A stretch of 63,860 nucleotides of DNA, the filler included, from Atractiella rhizophila (taxonomy: Eukaryota), in assembly GCA_021432655.1 (NCBI GenBank). It is 3 parts of 3 records of this genome, joined end to end, with 100 filler letters (N's around TTAATTAATTAA, not from the genome) between each part and the next. Parts side by side here need not be neighbours in the genome. Positions count along the whole stretch, not along the records: positions 50,628 to 63,860 come from MU271809.1; 2 more parts are not named here. One strand, 5' to 3'. The notes under the pieces are model-generated. The model saw nothing but the letters and a program-made list of their open reading frames with translations, ran no database searches and was not told the DNA's origin. Below are positions 50,682 to 63,860 of the stretch, one piece after another. The position numbers and the translations under genes were made by a program. Each line of letters opens with the position of its first letter. The first letter of the stretch is position 1.

Positions 50682-52904
50682 TTAGTAGGCAATGCCTTGC
50701 CCTTTCAGGTACTTCTGCAGGTCATGATAAAGCTCCAGTTGATCTTCTGTTGAGAGACCATTGATGATTGTTCCAAGGACTGATCCTACGCTGACGTACT
50801 GTACTCGGACTAGGGAGGAGTAATATCTACCAACACGTTAATAAATTCACTAGGTTACCCAGGATACTGCTCACACGTAGCTGAAGAGTCCCATCAAAAA
50901 CCTGCATGTCTGTTAGCTAGCTCACTGAATCCTCAGAATGAAAGAGCACGCACTGGCAGTCCATCCTGTCGGTCAAGCCACCATGTCCGGGAATAGAGTC
51001 GCCAAAGTCCTTGATATTGAAAGCACGCTTGAAACCTGACGCGAAGAATCCTCCAAATGGAGCAACAAGAGAGGCAAAGATTGCGAGGACGATAGCGTGA
51101 ACCTGGAAAGGTGCCCAGACGAAGTTCTTCACCTCTCTCCTTAACTGCAGATTATCTAATTTAGATTGGCTAGGAAAAAAGAAATCAAACGCACTATGTA
51201 CGACGCGAAGGACGCAAGGTTATCGGGAAGAGGGAACTCATGCCAAAGAAACACCGGATTTGGCTGACAATGGACATCGGAAAATGCTGTCTGAGAGAAG
51301 TCCCGAACAGAGCAGATCAAATAGTTGAACCTCATGAAAAAGGTAGCCCACTATCCCACGAATTAGTCAGCGCCATCAAGGACAAAGCCAGTCAGCCTTA
51401 CAAAATAAGAGAAAACAACAGTCGCAAAAAAAGCGCCGACGAAACCCTCGACAGTCTTTTTCGGTGAGAGTTTTATGAGTTGCGTGCGACCGAAAAGCAT
51501 GCCTGCAAGGTGTCAGAAGTGGAGCAAACACTAGGTTTGGAATAACATCTTACCGAAGACATAAGCCGAGATATCGTTCATGATAACGAGGGAAGCAGGG
51601 ACCCAGAACCAGATTAATCCCTGGAGATATGTAAGCAAAGTTGGTTGAAAGTCAGGGAAAAGTACCTCAAGAATATTATTCACAATGAAGTGCCTGTTTA
51701 ATTGTCAGTGTCTACCCACCCGTCCTGCGGACAGCTTTCAGAACAAGACTCACGAGCAAGCAACGATGTAGAGCAGCGTCATGTGAATCCAACAGAACAG
51801 CCCAAACTGGCGTCTCAGCTGGCCACGTTTAAGGCTTCCAACGAATGACACGAAACCGATGACGTAGAGGATGAGGGAAATAAAACGATGGTGTTGAGCA
51901 AAGGGCAAAAGGTACGCGTCGACCAGTACAATATGCTGTGTCTTAATCAGCAACCCACAACATACTTTAAAGCATTACCATACCTTGAAATACTTGATGA
52001 TACTTTCCCCATAGAAGAAGTAGTTGGCAACTCCGAAGAAATACCAACTCGTCGCTCGTCCCCACCTGTCGCTCTCCTTTCTCTTCTCCTCCCTCCTCAA
52101 AACTCTTTTCTCATCAACCACTCCACTGCCATTATCCTTCCCATTCCCATCATACGCCTTCCCAAACAAATTTGTGAGCTCTCGATAAACTGCCGTCTGC
52201 ACAAAGAAGACCAGCATGATCATCCATCCATGGCCAAGCAACAACAGCATGATGAATCCACCTATCATAGCCAAAGACCAGATAGTACGAGTGATGACAG
52301 CTTGAAGCCTAGCGGAGGAAGATCCAGTATGATCAGCTCCATGATTGGGCTCCGGTTTCGCCGGGACTGGCGACGGCGAATGATGGCGAGGAGACAGGCT
52401 GGAGGGAGCGCGCGGAGTGCTCAATGGAGGCTCGAACGTCGCCACTTTCGGGGTGGTTTGATCGGAAGATACGGGGGGAGAGGTCAGGTGTGTTTCTGCC
52501 TCATCATCCGTCGTGTCGATTCCATCTCCCCCAACTTCATCGGACTCCTCGTCCGTTTCCGTCGTGACTGGAGGAGCGAATGACGGCAGCGGAGCTGGAG
52601 CTTCTAGTTTTGGGAGCTCTTGCGGCGGGGGAGCGAGAGTCTCGGGAGCTTTCGAAGGAGATAGTGAGGGGGCAAGTGCAGGTGGAGAGGGGACGACCGT
52701 GATAGGTGGTGGGACGTTTTCGCGTCCTTCTGGCGGTAATTCGGTCGATGAAGTGAGAGCTTCCTCTTTCTGTTGTCTCTCTTTTGCTCTTCGGCGAGCC
52801 TTAGCCTTTTTTGAGAGCGACGTAGGCGCTGGAGGGTTCGAGGAACTCGACAGTGTAGGCGAGAGAGGCGGATCTGAATCTTCGTCATCGCCCTGCACTT
52901 CCAC
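50682..52904 (-). CDS. CDS1: Phosphatidate cytidylyltransferase (CDP-diacylglycerol synthase); start not resolved
   Basis: [40 protein letters not shown] and the signature [31 protein letters not shown]. Confidence 0.93.
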
Positions 52905-53377
52905 TGCACCGACATGTCAGCAAGCTGTTGTTTCATCTCCGCCATTTCAAAGTTACAGACGATTACAACATGGGAGACTGATGAGAGGCAGGTAGTCTCA
53001 AAATGTGATCCCTTTCGTAAAGTAGTTAAAGGGTAATTTGCCTTTCACAGCTTGCACCACTTGCACACGGTCCAGCCAATGCTCATGCACAGAGGTCCCA
53101 CTAGGATCTACTCCAACTCCATGTCACTTAAAACAGTGAATTGAAGTTATAGTTCGTAACATAGAAAACGCAGTACTCAATGTACCTAGCGAAAAGTAAT
53201 TTAATTTGGTTAAACACCTAATCCTACCGAAAGCCAATAACAATAGTGTACACAACCGAGGATCCTTCGTTCACTCTTCCCCAAATGAGTCTTATCCTCT
53301 CAAGAAGTGATAATTCACAGCATGCCTTTCTTCCCGTCTGCCAAATCACAGGTGAGAGAGCCGAGCCCAAGTATTAC

Positions 53378-55736
53378 AGCAAGAGAGCAACATAAGTAAA
53401 TAATCAATCCAATCTCCAGCAATACTTCACTGCCTATGGGCTGCATCCTGCGCCAAACTGCTCTTGTTGTTTTTACACCGCCAGTCTTACGAGCAGAAAT
53501 GGCCCACCCAACCGGTTACGTTCTTGCTTAGCAAGGACATCTGCATGAAATACACCTAAATCTCTGAATTATCAGGATCCCTTGCTCTTCCTCTGGGAGA
53601 GATGACTATGTTCTAGTGCCTCTCATACCAGAGCCAGCATCCGGCAAGCTGCAAAGATGCATTCCCTCAAAGGCTTTAACCAAAGGAAGAGACGATGAAG
53701 GCCGCAAGGCACAAAGACCGGTCGTGGTGTTGGATCCACAAGATCTTCCCCTCACACCTAGCGTGTGTTCACAAACATGTTGTGCTTTCCATCCGCAATT
53801 GCAACGTGCGACACCTGTGTCATCATTTCTCCACTATGAAAGGGATATGGCACATCCCACCGTCTATATTCACCTACTCTGCTGAACACGGATAATAGGT
53901 TACACAAAAGAGACTGGAGAGGTAGCCAACATATAGCGTGCACTCCGTTCAAAGGGACAGTCGTCGAGTCGGAGTGCACGCTCGTCTCCGTTCTCTCTAG
54001 CTGCGGCATATATGAGAAATAAGTTCTGTGCGGGCTGACAGCAGGCCGGGTTTGACATCACGACCTCCATACCTCTCCTTTGGCGTGCCACGTTGCACGT
54101 CTATGCTTCAAATGGTACGTTACACCACCAAGCGTCTCATCCACATAGTCCTCATACAGCACAGAGAAAGAAGAAAGATGAATAGAAAGACGCACATCCT
54201 TCCCACCTTCCCCCGCTAAACAACTTCCCCTCTCCTCCTCCTCCAACTCCTAGCTTGCTCCCTAGTAGACTATCAGGCTTTTTCTTGGGCGGCATGCTCT
54301 CCTCTAATCTTGCTGTCAATAAGCGTGAGCGTACTGTAAATATAATAAACACGAACGCTGAAGTGGTTGGTGATGTTGGCGTGGCAGTTGTTGAAATCGC
54401 ATCTACCTCCATCATCAAGATCCATTAAGCTGCATCATCAGCACAACTATTTCGGGAATCGGGATTGCCAAAACAACTCGGAACAACCAAACGACGATTC
54501 AAAGAATACCACCATCTTTGATCCTCAAAAGCTGCACCGAGGCAAGCAAGAGAGGAACAGTAGCAGATAATAACAAATGATCAATCCACTCTCCAGCCAT
54601 AAGCATCGTGATTTCACTGGCCATGGGCTTCTGCTCGTGTTGTTCACGTGTCCTTACAACACCGGTCTTACGAGCAGAAAAGGCGCATCAACCGGTTATG
54701 TCTTGCTTAACGAGTACATCTGCACAGAACACACCAGAATCTCTGAATAATCAGGATGCTTCCCTATTTCTACGGGAGAGAACTATGTTCTGGTGCCTCA
54801 CATACCAGAGCTAGGATCCAGCAAACTGCAAGGATTCAATCCCCCTCAAACACTTTAACCAAGGGAAGAGACGAAGGAGGCCGCAGGGCACAAAGTCAGA
54901 AGTGGTCGTGGTGTTGGATCCACAAGATCTTCCCCTCGCACCCAGGGTCTGTTCACAAACATGTGTTGCTCTCCACCCACAATTGCAACGTGCGACACCT
55001 ACGTCGCCACTCTCTCCACTATGAAAGGGGTACAACACATCCCACCGTCTATATTCATCTACTCTGCTAAACACGGATAATAGGTTACACGTGAGAAGAG
55101 ACGGAGAGGTAGCCGTGCACTCCGTTCAAAGGGACAGTCGTCAAGTCGGAGTGCACGCTCGATCTCTCCATTCTTTCTAGCTGCGGTATATATGAGAAAT
55201 AAGTTCTGTGCGGGCTGGCAGCAGGCCGGGTTTGACATCACGACCTCCATACCTCTGCTTTCGCATGCCACGTTGCACATCCATGCTTCAAATGGTACGT
55301 TGAATCACCAAGCGTCTCATCCACTCAGTCCTCATACAGTACAGAGAAAGAAGATGGATAAATAGAAAGACGCACATCCTTCCCACCTTCCCCCGCTGAA
55401 CAACTTCCCCTCCCCTCCTCCTCCAACTCCTAACTTGCTCCCTAGTAGATTATCAGGCTTTTTCTTGGGCGGCATGCTCTTCTCTAATCTTGCTCTCAAT
55501 AAGCGTGAGCGTACTGTAAATATAATAAACACGAACGCTGAAGTGGTTGGTGATGTTGGCGTGGCAGCTGTTGAAATCGCATCTACCTCCATCATCAAGA
55601 TTCATTCATCAAGGTGCATTATCGACACAACTATTTCGGGAATCGGGATTGCTGCCCTGCCCAAACAACGCGGAACAACCAAACGACGATTCAAAGAATA
55701 CCACCATCTTTGATCCTCAAAAGCTGCACCGAGGCA
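53378..55736. repeat. Diverged direct tandem duplication (about 1.17-1.19 kb units: 53378-54544 and 54545-55736)
   Basis: Shared blocks such as gtgttggatccacaagatcttcccctc, tatcaggctttttcttgggcggcatgctc and gattcaaagaataccaccatctttgatcctcaaaagctgcaccgaggca occur in both units, with indels. Confidence 0.93.
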
Positions 55737-55743
55737 GGGCAGC

Positions 55744-58700
55744 ATGGCAGCACCAGGGATCGACACGTCCTACCGACACCTCTCCTCCTCTCCCACCGGT
55801 TCGCGCCATGGAAACGAAGAGGAAGAGTCTCTCCTCCCGCGTCCCACCTCCTCTCCATCGAGCGACTACCCCGTCTTTACCCTCATCCACAACTTGCGAC
55901 TCCTCATCATCTCCCACATCGACGTCTACCATCCGCACGCCGCGCTTTCCTCCCCTCCGCTCTCATATACTCTCATCCGTCCGCTCCAGGCTCAACTCCC
56001 CAAAAAGACGCCTGCATTGCTTTATGCGCTTCTGTTGAATAGGGTGCAGTTTTTGAAGGAGGAAGAGGAGGGAGGTGCGGGTGTGGGTGCGGGGGTTTGT
56101 AAGACAAGAGCGAATGTGGCGGAGCTGTTGGCGGTGAGGAGCGTGGAGGAGTGGACGGGAGGTGGTGGGTGGGAGAGCGGTGGGAGGGGTCTTGAGGTAC
56201 GTTATTTGCTTCTTTTGGATGTATCTGTATCTTTGGCTGGAGAAGCGGAGAGATGCTGCTCGGAACAATGTACTTGGTGTTCATTTCGTCCTGGCAGGGC
56301 GCAAGTGGTCGTCAGAGCCTGAGAGTGAAGCCTACGTAACGACGCTTTTGGGGAGCTATATCAACGTCCCATGGCTGTCTTAACACATCCTTTCATAATT
56401 AATTAATATACATTAATGTACTTAATTTATTATCATGCATCAAATTGCTACATTAATTTTACAGAGAATCCTACCCATTGCTTTGCAAGTACCATGTTGT
56501 GGATGTCTACCAAAGCGGATGCTTCTCCTTCCGATCTGAGATGGCGAGGCATACCAAACAACGATATGTGCGGACTGCACAATCTGCTCCACTTCCTCCA
56601 CCACTGCGTTTAGTTCTTTCAACGCGTTGTGTCTGGATCGCGACGAGCGAGCAAGGTAAACAATCTATATGGCCGCATGTTCGTTCCAACTCAAGCAGCT
56701 TAGACAGCAACGGAACGGCCGCGCTTGATTCTATTTTAATGGCAACTCACTTATGTCGTATTCTGTGGGTGATGCATCTTGCAGCTTTGGACCTGTAATG
56801 CTTACACATGGTTTGATCATTTTCGACATATTTCCGAGCGGTGAGGGACATGCCGAATCCAACATTGCTTTTATGAATCTCTGTTGAGGCTTCATATCTG
56901 TTCCCTGTCTGTCGTTCGAGCTCTGTTGCTTTGGGGTCTAAAGAGAACTCGATATTCAATGTTCCACGTTTTGCTAGGTTGTTGATTGAATCGCCGAAAT
57001 TTGGAAGGAGAATCGTCATTTGTTCCGAGGCACAGAAACAACATCAGAAGTCTTGTTAAGAGTGTTTATCATGCTTCCAAGAACCTGTTGTTCTTTGGCA
57101 AGTATTGCACGAGTTGTCATTCCGTCTAAAAAAGTCCGCCTCAGCTGCATACAAAGTTTTATCAAAGTTTTGTCAACCTTTACGATCGTTGACTTGTCTC
57201 GTAATAGCTCATAACGGTACTCACGACACCTTGGAATCCATTCAGCGGCGTATCTCAAGGCTAGTTCCCCTCAGTTCAGGAAATGCTTTGAAACTGACGA
57301 AGCCCTCAGACCTGTTCGCAGACGATGACACGCCGACTGCAGCAGAATTAGAGGAGATGAGTGCCTGGGGTCAAAGGGAGATGATGGCGAATGCGCTCGA
57401 GATCTCCATTTTCAGTTCAGCCAAAAAGTGCCCAATTCTTCCTTCCTCTCCAATTGTACATGACTTTTCTGAAATTGATGTCGGAGAAAGGTTTGTCGCT
57501 ACTCCACTTGTTCAGCAAGTCTTGCAGGCGATTTGGAATGGAGAAATCGTCTATACGCCCCTCGCATCTGTGAGCCTTGACCTGTTCCCTGTTTCCGGCT
57601 AAAACAACACTGATTTTACTTTGGAGTAGCATTCCATCGTCAGAGACAATTATAAAAGACAACCTGTCCACATTTATTCGCCCCGCTTTCGACCAGTACT
57701 CGATCATTACCGATTGAGGGTACCGCGCATTCGTGCGCTTCTGGAATTCTTGTAAGACGTTAGACATTCGAAACGATCTCTGACTTTGGAGCAGTAACTT
57801 TGCCATCATCCTCATCCTGTTCTTGATTGTCGAAAGCACCATCAATACTGAAAGGGTGACCATTGTTGAAGGCATTTTTATGGCATATGTTTGTGAGTTC
57901 CACATGAGAACATTGCGAGTTGCTTACCTGTCAATTAGTCGGTTTCGCTCTCGATGAGCTTAGCTCTAGGTAAGACAATCCTGGCATGCAATAAAGGCTG
58001 ATAGGTCGCTACTCAGCATGGAGCATGGAATTTACGCTTACTCTCTGGATATGTGGAATTGTGCGTATCAAATCATCACCCGAGCTTGCAGCATAATCAA
58101 AGCTGGATAGATTTCGATACCTCTTTTCTGGCCATCTTTTTCGCTTACTTTGGGATTCGCTGCTACGCTCTTACGTTGGAAGTTGGTACCCCTCATCATG
58201 ATACTTACACAACATTAGCATTCGATATGCTTGCTCTTGGTATGCATTCGTTTTGCAAGATTGAGGTGAAGCTGAATGATGTACAGGTGCCTGCATTTTG
58301 TTCCCTCGCTTGGCAGGATCCTTGCTGTCAAATAATGTGGTATGTCCCACACATATTCTCTAGTAAACCAGTTTGATAATGCTCGTTGTTCAGGTTATCT
58401 TGGGTTTAAAAGCTATGTTTCGGGACTTCGCGACTTTTCTTGCTCTGGCAGCCATCTGCGCCTCGGGCTTCCTCTTTTCCTTCTGGGTGCTGGCGAGAGG
58501 TGACTGGAGTCTGGGGAGGATAGCATGGCTTATGCTTGAAATCTGGTATGTTTTCGTACTCCCATATAGCTTGAACTCATGCCCAGAATAGGTTTGGGAA
58601 TAATTTCATTGGCTTCGACCGCGCAGAACAGTTCCATCCTTTCTTTGGTCCACTGGTGTTCATCACGTAAAGTTTCCTGCTCTCCTAAACTGATATTGAT

Positions 58701-59808
58701 AGCTCACTTGGCGATTAGATATGCTATGTTGGCAAACACCTTACTTCTCACAATCTTGATTGCCATTCTTTCCACCTCGTTTGCTCGAACTCAACAGTCG
58801 GCGGCAGAGGAGTTCGCGCTCCAGCAGGCTGTCCAGACTATTGAGCGTGTGAAAGGAGACGCGATATATTCATATCAACCTCCTTTCAACCTTGTCGCTT
58901 TTGCGATTCTGGTAAAGCGGCCCACTCTTCCTTAGCTACTTTGACAGTGATGGGTTCTACAGGCACCCCTTCGATTAGTCCTGAGCGAACGATGGCTTCA
59001 CAAGCTCAATGTGGCGCTCATACGAATCATTCACTTCCCTCATCTCATCATCATCACCATCTTCGAAAGGGCGAAGTATCGCAGATTCGGGAAATTAAGC
59101 TCGATATCACTCGGGGAAGAAAACGAATGGGGGTTCCGGAAAGCAGGAGCCAGGCTGTGGGAAGCGTTTCCCCGAAAAGCTGCTGCTTGGGATGGAAGCG
59201 AGGTGTTCCTATTCCACGAGGTTGAAGATTCGAAGGTACGAAGCAGCCCTCAGATGCAAGCGCGGGAAGAACCACATCCAGAGTCTCCGCCATTGACTCC
59301 GACCGTTTCTCGGCTGCATCGAGCTGATCTTTCGGTGTAGCAGAACTTGCCAAAGGTGCCTCACATCTTGCATCAGTCGCTTCAGACTGACAGTGATTCT
59401 GTAGAAAATCAACGTCACATGCGCAGGTCAGAAACAATGAACAGTCGCTTCAGCTCAGTAGTCGCTGTGGCATCTCCTATCGCCCGACTATTTGCAATGC
59501 CCAAAGGTCGAGAATCAGCCGCGTCTCTCCCCGCCCCCGAGCCGCTGTCCCCAAATCCAATTTCCAAGCCTCAACCAAGCGAGGAGTCTCGTCGTTTGAA
59601 GAAGCTGGAGACCAAGTTGTCAGAAATGGAAGAGTCTTACAAAAGGATGGAAGCCTCGCTGGAAAAGATCGTCCAGGTTTTGACACGCCATGAATCTTTC
59701 GACGATCCACCAACCGACCCTTCACCCGAGTCGAGCGGGTTCGGTCTGACATTCGAAACTACGAAGTTGAAACCGAATCCAGGCAAAACTATGCGGCGTA
59801 AGACGTAA
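55744..59808 (+). CDS. Fungal TRP-type (Yvc1-like) non-selective cation channel
   Basis: YTLIRPL, ALLYALLLNRVQF, TRANVAELLA, NALEISI..AKKFVATPLVQQVLQAIWNGEIVY, RLRVPRIR, TM helices, NTLLLTILIAILS and YQPPFNLVA, with a C-terminal coiled coil. Confidence 0.85.
56507..57019 (-). pseudogene. Antisense RING-finger-like coding remnant nested in intron 1 of the TRP channel
   Basis: Two same-frame ORFs separated by one TGA read CITH...TCGHIDCLPC...RCLVC. Confidence 0.4.
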
Positions 59809-59968
59809 TCAGATTCCCTGGGAGGATGTAAGTACCCGTGATTTGTTGCACGCAGAATGACCATGTACAGTTACATCTTGGTGCCTCGGCTCCCTAGTAC
59901 CTCCAGGGCACGCTCGCTAAGTGGCTAAGGTCAGGCGGAAGCCTTACCTCATGCTATGCACCATGACA

Positions 59969-59976
59969 TATAAAAG
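59969..59976 (+). promoter_or_regulatory. TATA box upstream of the SMP-30-family gene
   Basis: TATAAAAG about 50 nt upstream of ATG 60021. Confidence 0.5.
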
Positions 59977-60020
59977 GGTAGCAAGTCTAGATCTATCATT
60001 ACTGCCAAGTACCCCTCAAG

Positions 60021-61376
60021 ATGGTATCTGCCATGGTGTTTTCAGTTCTTTTGCCCCTTTGTGCTTCACAGGTAGCAGTTACCAGAAAATGTCCTATAAT
60101 CCCCAACAACTTCTTTTCGATTCTTCCTCCTCCATTTAATCGCTCACCACCTGGTGNNNNNNNNNNNNNNNNNNNNNNNNNNNNTTCCATGACTACCAGC
60201 GCATCCTCTCCCTTCTTCTTGTTAAGCGGGGCCAGACCTTAGTACAATCCTACTACCCAAAACGTGTGTACTTCGCATTGGTTTCTGTGAATGTTCTAAT
60301 CAAGTGGCCAGCTATCCGTCGTTAATGCTAACCCGCCCATCTTATCAGCGAATGGGGCAACGCTGCATAACGGAACAATTTTTCTCGCCACTGTTGGTGA
60401 CGATGAGACACATCCACCGGCTTTAGTTGCTTTAGACCCCAGAACCTTCCAATCCAACGCAATTTTAAATAACTACCGAGGTATGATTGCAGCATTCGGC
60501 TCCTTCACGACTGATGCATTGTCTGACCAGGTGTTCACTTTAACGGCATTGATGATCTGATCGTGACAACGGAAGGCTCTTTCTTCTTCACTGACCTTGG
60601 ATTTGGAGGTCGGTAGCCTAATCTTCGCCCTGTGATTCCCCCATGATTGATTATTCCTAGCTCCTCTGCCAGCCCAGCTGGGGCGATGGACTTATATGTA
60701 CAATCCACTCTCTGGCGAAATAAGGTGAACAAAGCGGCTCCAGACTAGTCACTTGGTTCAAGCTTTAGTTAGGCTCCTTGATGATTCGCTTGTCGCACCG
60801 AACGGTCTCGCTCTCAGCCCTGATGAATCCATTCTCTACATCGGAGGTAAGCTCGTATAACAGGCCAGGTGAAGTAGAGTCTGATTCCTTCTCCTGCAGA
60901 CACTGGCTCCTTCCTCACAGACGACAATACTTCCACTCGAACTATATACGCCTACAACGTAAACAATGGCAGAAGTCTATCAAATCGGACTGCCTTTCAC
61001 CTGACTGACTCTGGAGGACCGGTGTGTTCTTAACTGAGCCCATCGAACAAAGCGAGGCTGACGAATGACAACAGGATGGGGTCAAAGTTGCTTCTTCCGG
61101 CCACGTATTAACGGTTGGGGAGTTCGTTGGCGCTACCGCTTCAAGTGTCGATGTTATCAGCTCCAGCGGAGAGTTAATAGGAAAAATCAACATCCCCAAC
61201 ATTTGTGAGTTGCATTCTTGAGAGAAAGTTTAGAAAGAAAACTTAGAATTCTCAACAATTCTACAGGCAATAACCTTGCATTCGGAGGGGAAAACCTCGA
61301 TGTTCTCTTCGTCACCTGCTTTGGCGAACTTTGGCAAGTTACAGGGTTAGGATTAACGGGGATATCGAGGCCCTGA
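60021..61376 (+). CDS. SMP-30/gluconolactonase/LRE-family beta-propeller, probably secreted; interrupted by a gap
   Basis: Spliced exons give ANGAT, ILNNYRGVHFNGIDDL, FFFTD, APNGLALSPDESILYIGDTG, RTIYAYNV, PDGVKV, GELIGKI and NLAFGG. Confidence 0.85.
60157..60184. other. Scaffold gap (28 N)
   Basis: N run without a linker, inside the SMP-30-family gene. Confidence 0.97.
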
Positions 61377-62054
61377 TGTTCGATTCTTTGTTGTTCGTTG
61401 CTGAACTATACCCCAACTTGAGACGGCTAGATCCTTAGTGATGTCACCATGGTGCAACTCCTTTATCACTCAGATTTCCCCGTCTGCCACTCACATCCAT
61501 TGCATACTCAATATTACCGCCGATACTACTGCTACTGGCTGACAATGCCCTCTATTCCTGATTGATGCTTATGGCGAAGGCAGAACAAGCTTTGGAGACT
61601 CAATACAATAAACTAGATGAACGAGGAATAAAACAGGAGCTCTTTCTCAATGGAAGCAGTGTTCGCACTGAAACCGATGCAAAGACATGCCAGTTCAAGT
61701 TGGTATTCAGTCAGTAACGAGAAAAAGACAGAGCAAAGGCGAGGTATGAAAGCTCAGACTCATCTTCACAGGTCGATATCAAGCTTTGTGAGAGCGAGTT
61801 AGTTTCAAAAGACAGGACTCAAAACTTGCTCGTGGGGTCAACATAATATAGTAGGCAGTTATGGATGGTGGCCGAATCCAACACATCGTCGATATCAAGT
61901 GGCCGCTGTTGCGCTTCTAACTCATACTGAGCACCGAAACCCAAGTAAGGCTCGAATTTGCTTGAGGATCGTTTACGAAAATGGTCCAGAGTTCGACCTT
62001 GTCCTTGCCTTCACTTCACTTACAATACAGCGCAAAGCCCCCAAAAGACACAAT

Positions 62055-63403
62055 TCACAGGATACCGCCATAATCCAGTTTCTTAGCTACCCTCTTTCTC
62101 ACATCCTCGTCATCCTCCCCCTTTCGTTTAATTCCTCGTGTACTTCCTCCATGTCCCCCACCCAGTCCTAGATCAGGCTGTTCCACAGGCGGCAGCGCTC
62201 GCGGTTGAAGCTTCTCTTTCGTCTTTGGAAGATTGTCCGGCGCGGTAGGTGGAGGATCCGAGGAAAAATAAGGATGTTGGAGCGCTTGAAGAGCCGTCAG
62301 ACGACGACTAGGATTCAGAGTTAAAAGCTGGTCAAGGATGGATATACAGTCTCGAGTTGCAGCTCCGAATAGGGCAGAAAATGGAGGCCGGGGGATAGGA
62401 CTGAAGGAGACGAAGTCGTTCAGTTTGTCGTGATCCTGAATTCTGGTTTCAGGAATTCTCAAAAGAGAGAGATTGAGCGAAGTTGACATACAGGCCAGTC
62501 TTCCGCAGTTGGTGTTCCAAGGGCTTTGAAGATCAGATTGAGCTGTTCGAAGTCCGTTTCCCCTGCTAAAAAGGGGACACGCAACATGAGCTCTGCAAGG
62601 ATGCAGCCTGCGCTCCAAGTGTCAACGGTTGACGAATAGTACCGTGAGCCGAAGAGGAGCTCTGGAGGCCGATACCATCTGTCGACATTCTTCAGAACTG
62701 AAGACGCGAAAAGAAAGATTGTACCGTGTTACTACTTGGCTTGTCATCCTCCCTCCTGGATCTGGAAATTCCCGCGCTAGACCGAAATCTGCGATTTTTA
62801 GCACTCCTTTTTCTGAAATGAACAAGTTGTTCGGTTTGAGATCCTAAACGCCTTTCAATTTGGAAAAATCGCGCATAGGAGAGAGCAAACCCGATGAAGC
62901 ACCCAATTTCGGTGGCAGAATTCAAGGCCGCGCATCAACATCAACATCCAACTCTTGACATCTGCTGCAGAGAACACGAGGGTTCGATCACGGATTAATG
63001 CTTCCAAATCGGTTGACAAGAGCTCCAAGACGAGCGAAAGGTTGGTGGCGCCAGAATACACGTCGAGAAGCTCCACAGTCCGTTATTACCTGTCTATCTG
63101 TAAATCACCTAGAGGAATGTCGACGAACCTCGATGACATTTGGATGTTTTAGCTCCTGGAGGAACTTAACCTCCCGAATGGCTGACATGTCCAATCCATC
63201 TTTGAACTGTCCAAGCTTAATCTTTTTGATCGCCACGTCCCGTCCCGTGGATAGTTGCTTGGCTGTCGCGGTTTCTCAGAAAGAGTGTTTGGTATGATGG
63301 GAAATGGACCTTGGTGGACTACAGCATAGGTACCTTCTCCTAGCTTCCGAATCTTCGTGTAGTTGTTAGAGATCCGTTCATTCGCTGCTTCCGCTGCCTC
63401 CAT
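62055..63403 (-). CDS. KIN28: CDK7/Kin28/Mcs6 TFIIH kinase
   Basis: [48 protein letters not shown] and DFGLAREF...[18 protein letters not shown]. Confidence 0.93.
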
Positions 63404-63860
63404 GTCCACTTAGACGCCTCCTTTCAACTGGTCTCCAGTTACGAAGGGGACAGAACAAAGTGTAACCGTACTAGAGAAAACTAACCGGATAGTGACCAAC
63501 TGAGAAGCAGAACCTGTCTGAGATGACTGCCAGGGATGCATGATCCAGGATCTACACCAGCCTCATGTCGAAGAACATTATTCTTTAGAGACCTACCAAA
63601 CACAGAAGAAAACGGTGAAGAAGCCTAAAACGCGGAGAAGGCATGGAGCGGAAGGAACGTAATTACTGAGAGGATGACGAGGGGAAGCTAGTCGCTGCTG
63701 GTAACTGTTTTGCTTATGGGTGACGCGACTACCTTCCTGCCTTACGTGCCTTCGATATTTGCGAAAATGATTCAAGTTAAGTATAGAGACAATTATCTAA
63801 GCTCTTTCACACTAACGAAGCTTTTTGCCTTAAAGTGTTTTCATTCCGATATTTTGTGCG

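Noticed and set aside
1..63860. tRNA, rRNA, CRISPR arrays or intact transposons
   Set aside because: None recognised by eye; tRNAscan-SE, Infernal and a repeat-library search would be needed to exclude small RNAs formally.

Overview
Gene-dense, intron-rich fungal genomic DNA. Short introns (mostly about 45-90 nt) and the Fks1, casein kinase I and RdRP sequences point to a basidiomycete, probably Pucciniomycotina-like; this is an inference and was not tested. Two artificial N44-TTAATTAATTAA-N44 spacers (25255-25354, 50528-50627) divide the window into three joined contigs. Genes recognised by manual splicing: a small secreted hydrophobin, a membrane protein with a disordered tail, a bZIP factor, a Pif1 helicase, casein kinase I, an LEA_2-like membrane protein, a Sac2-type phosphatase, SER1, calnexin (partial), an RdRP N-terminus (partial), FKS1 head-to-head with a GH72 glucanosyltransferase, an S33/TAP-like peptidase with a partial tandem duplicate, an F-box protein, a GH125, CDS1, a Yvc1-like TRP channel, an SMP-30/gluconolactonase and CDK7/Kin28. 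The main finding is a 4-exon, 90-aa gene missed by the ORF track. It encodes a class II hydrophobin, a class described from Ascomycota, on a basidiomycete contig, so it is a candidate horizontal transfer. Other points of interest: the divergent FKS1-GH72 pair, unusually long base-paired first introns, an antisense RING-like remnant inside the TRP-channel intron, a natural variant in Fks1 echinocandin hot spot 1, a Zn-ribbon-like insert and an internal repeat in Pif1, two tandem duplications, and three single-base frameshifts that are probably sequencing errors.
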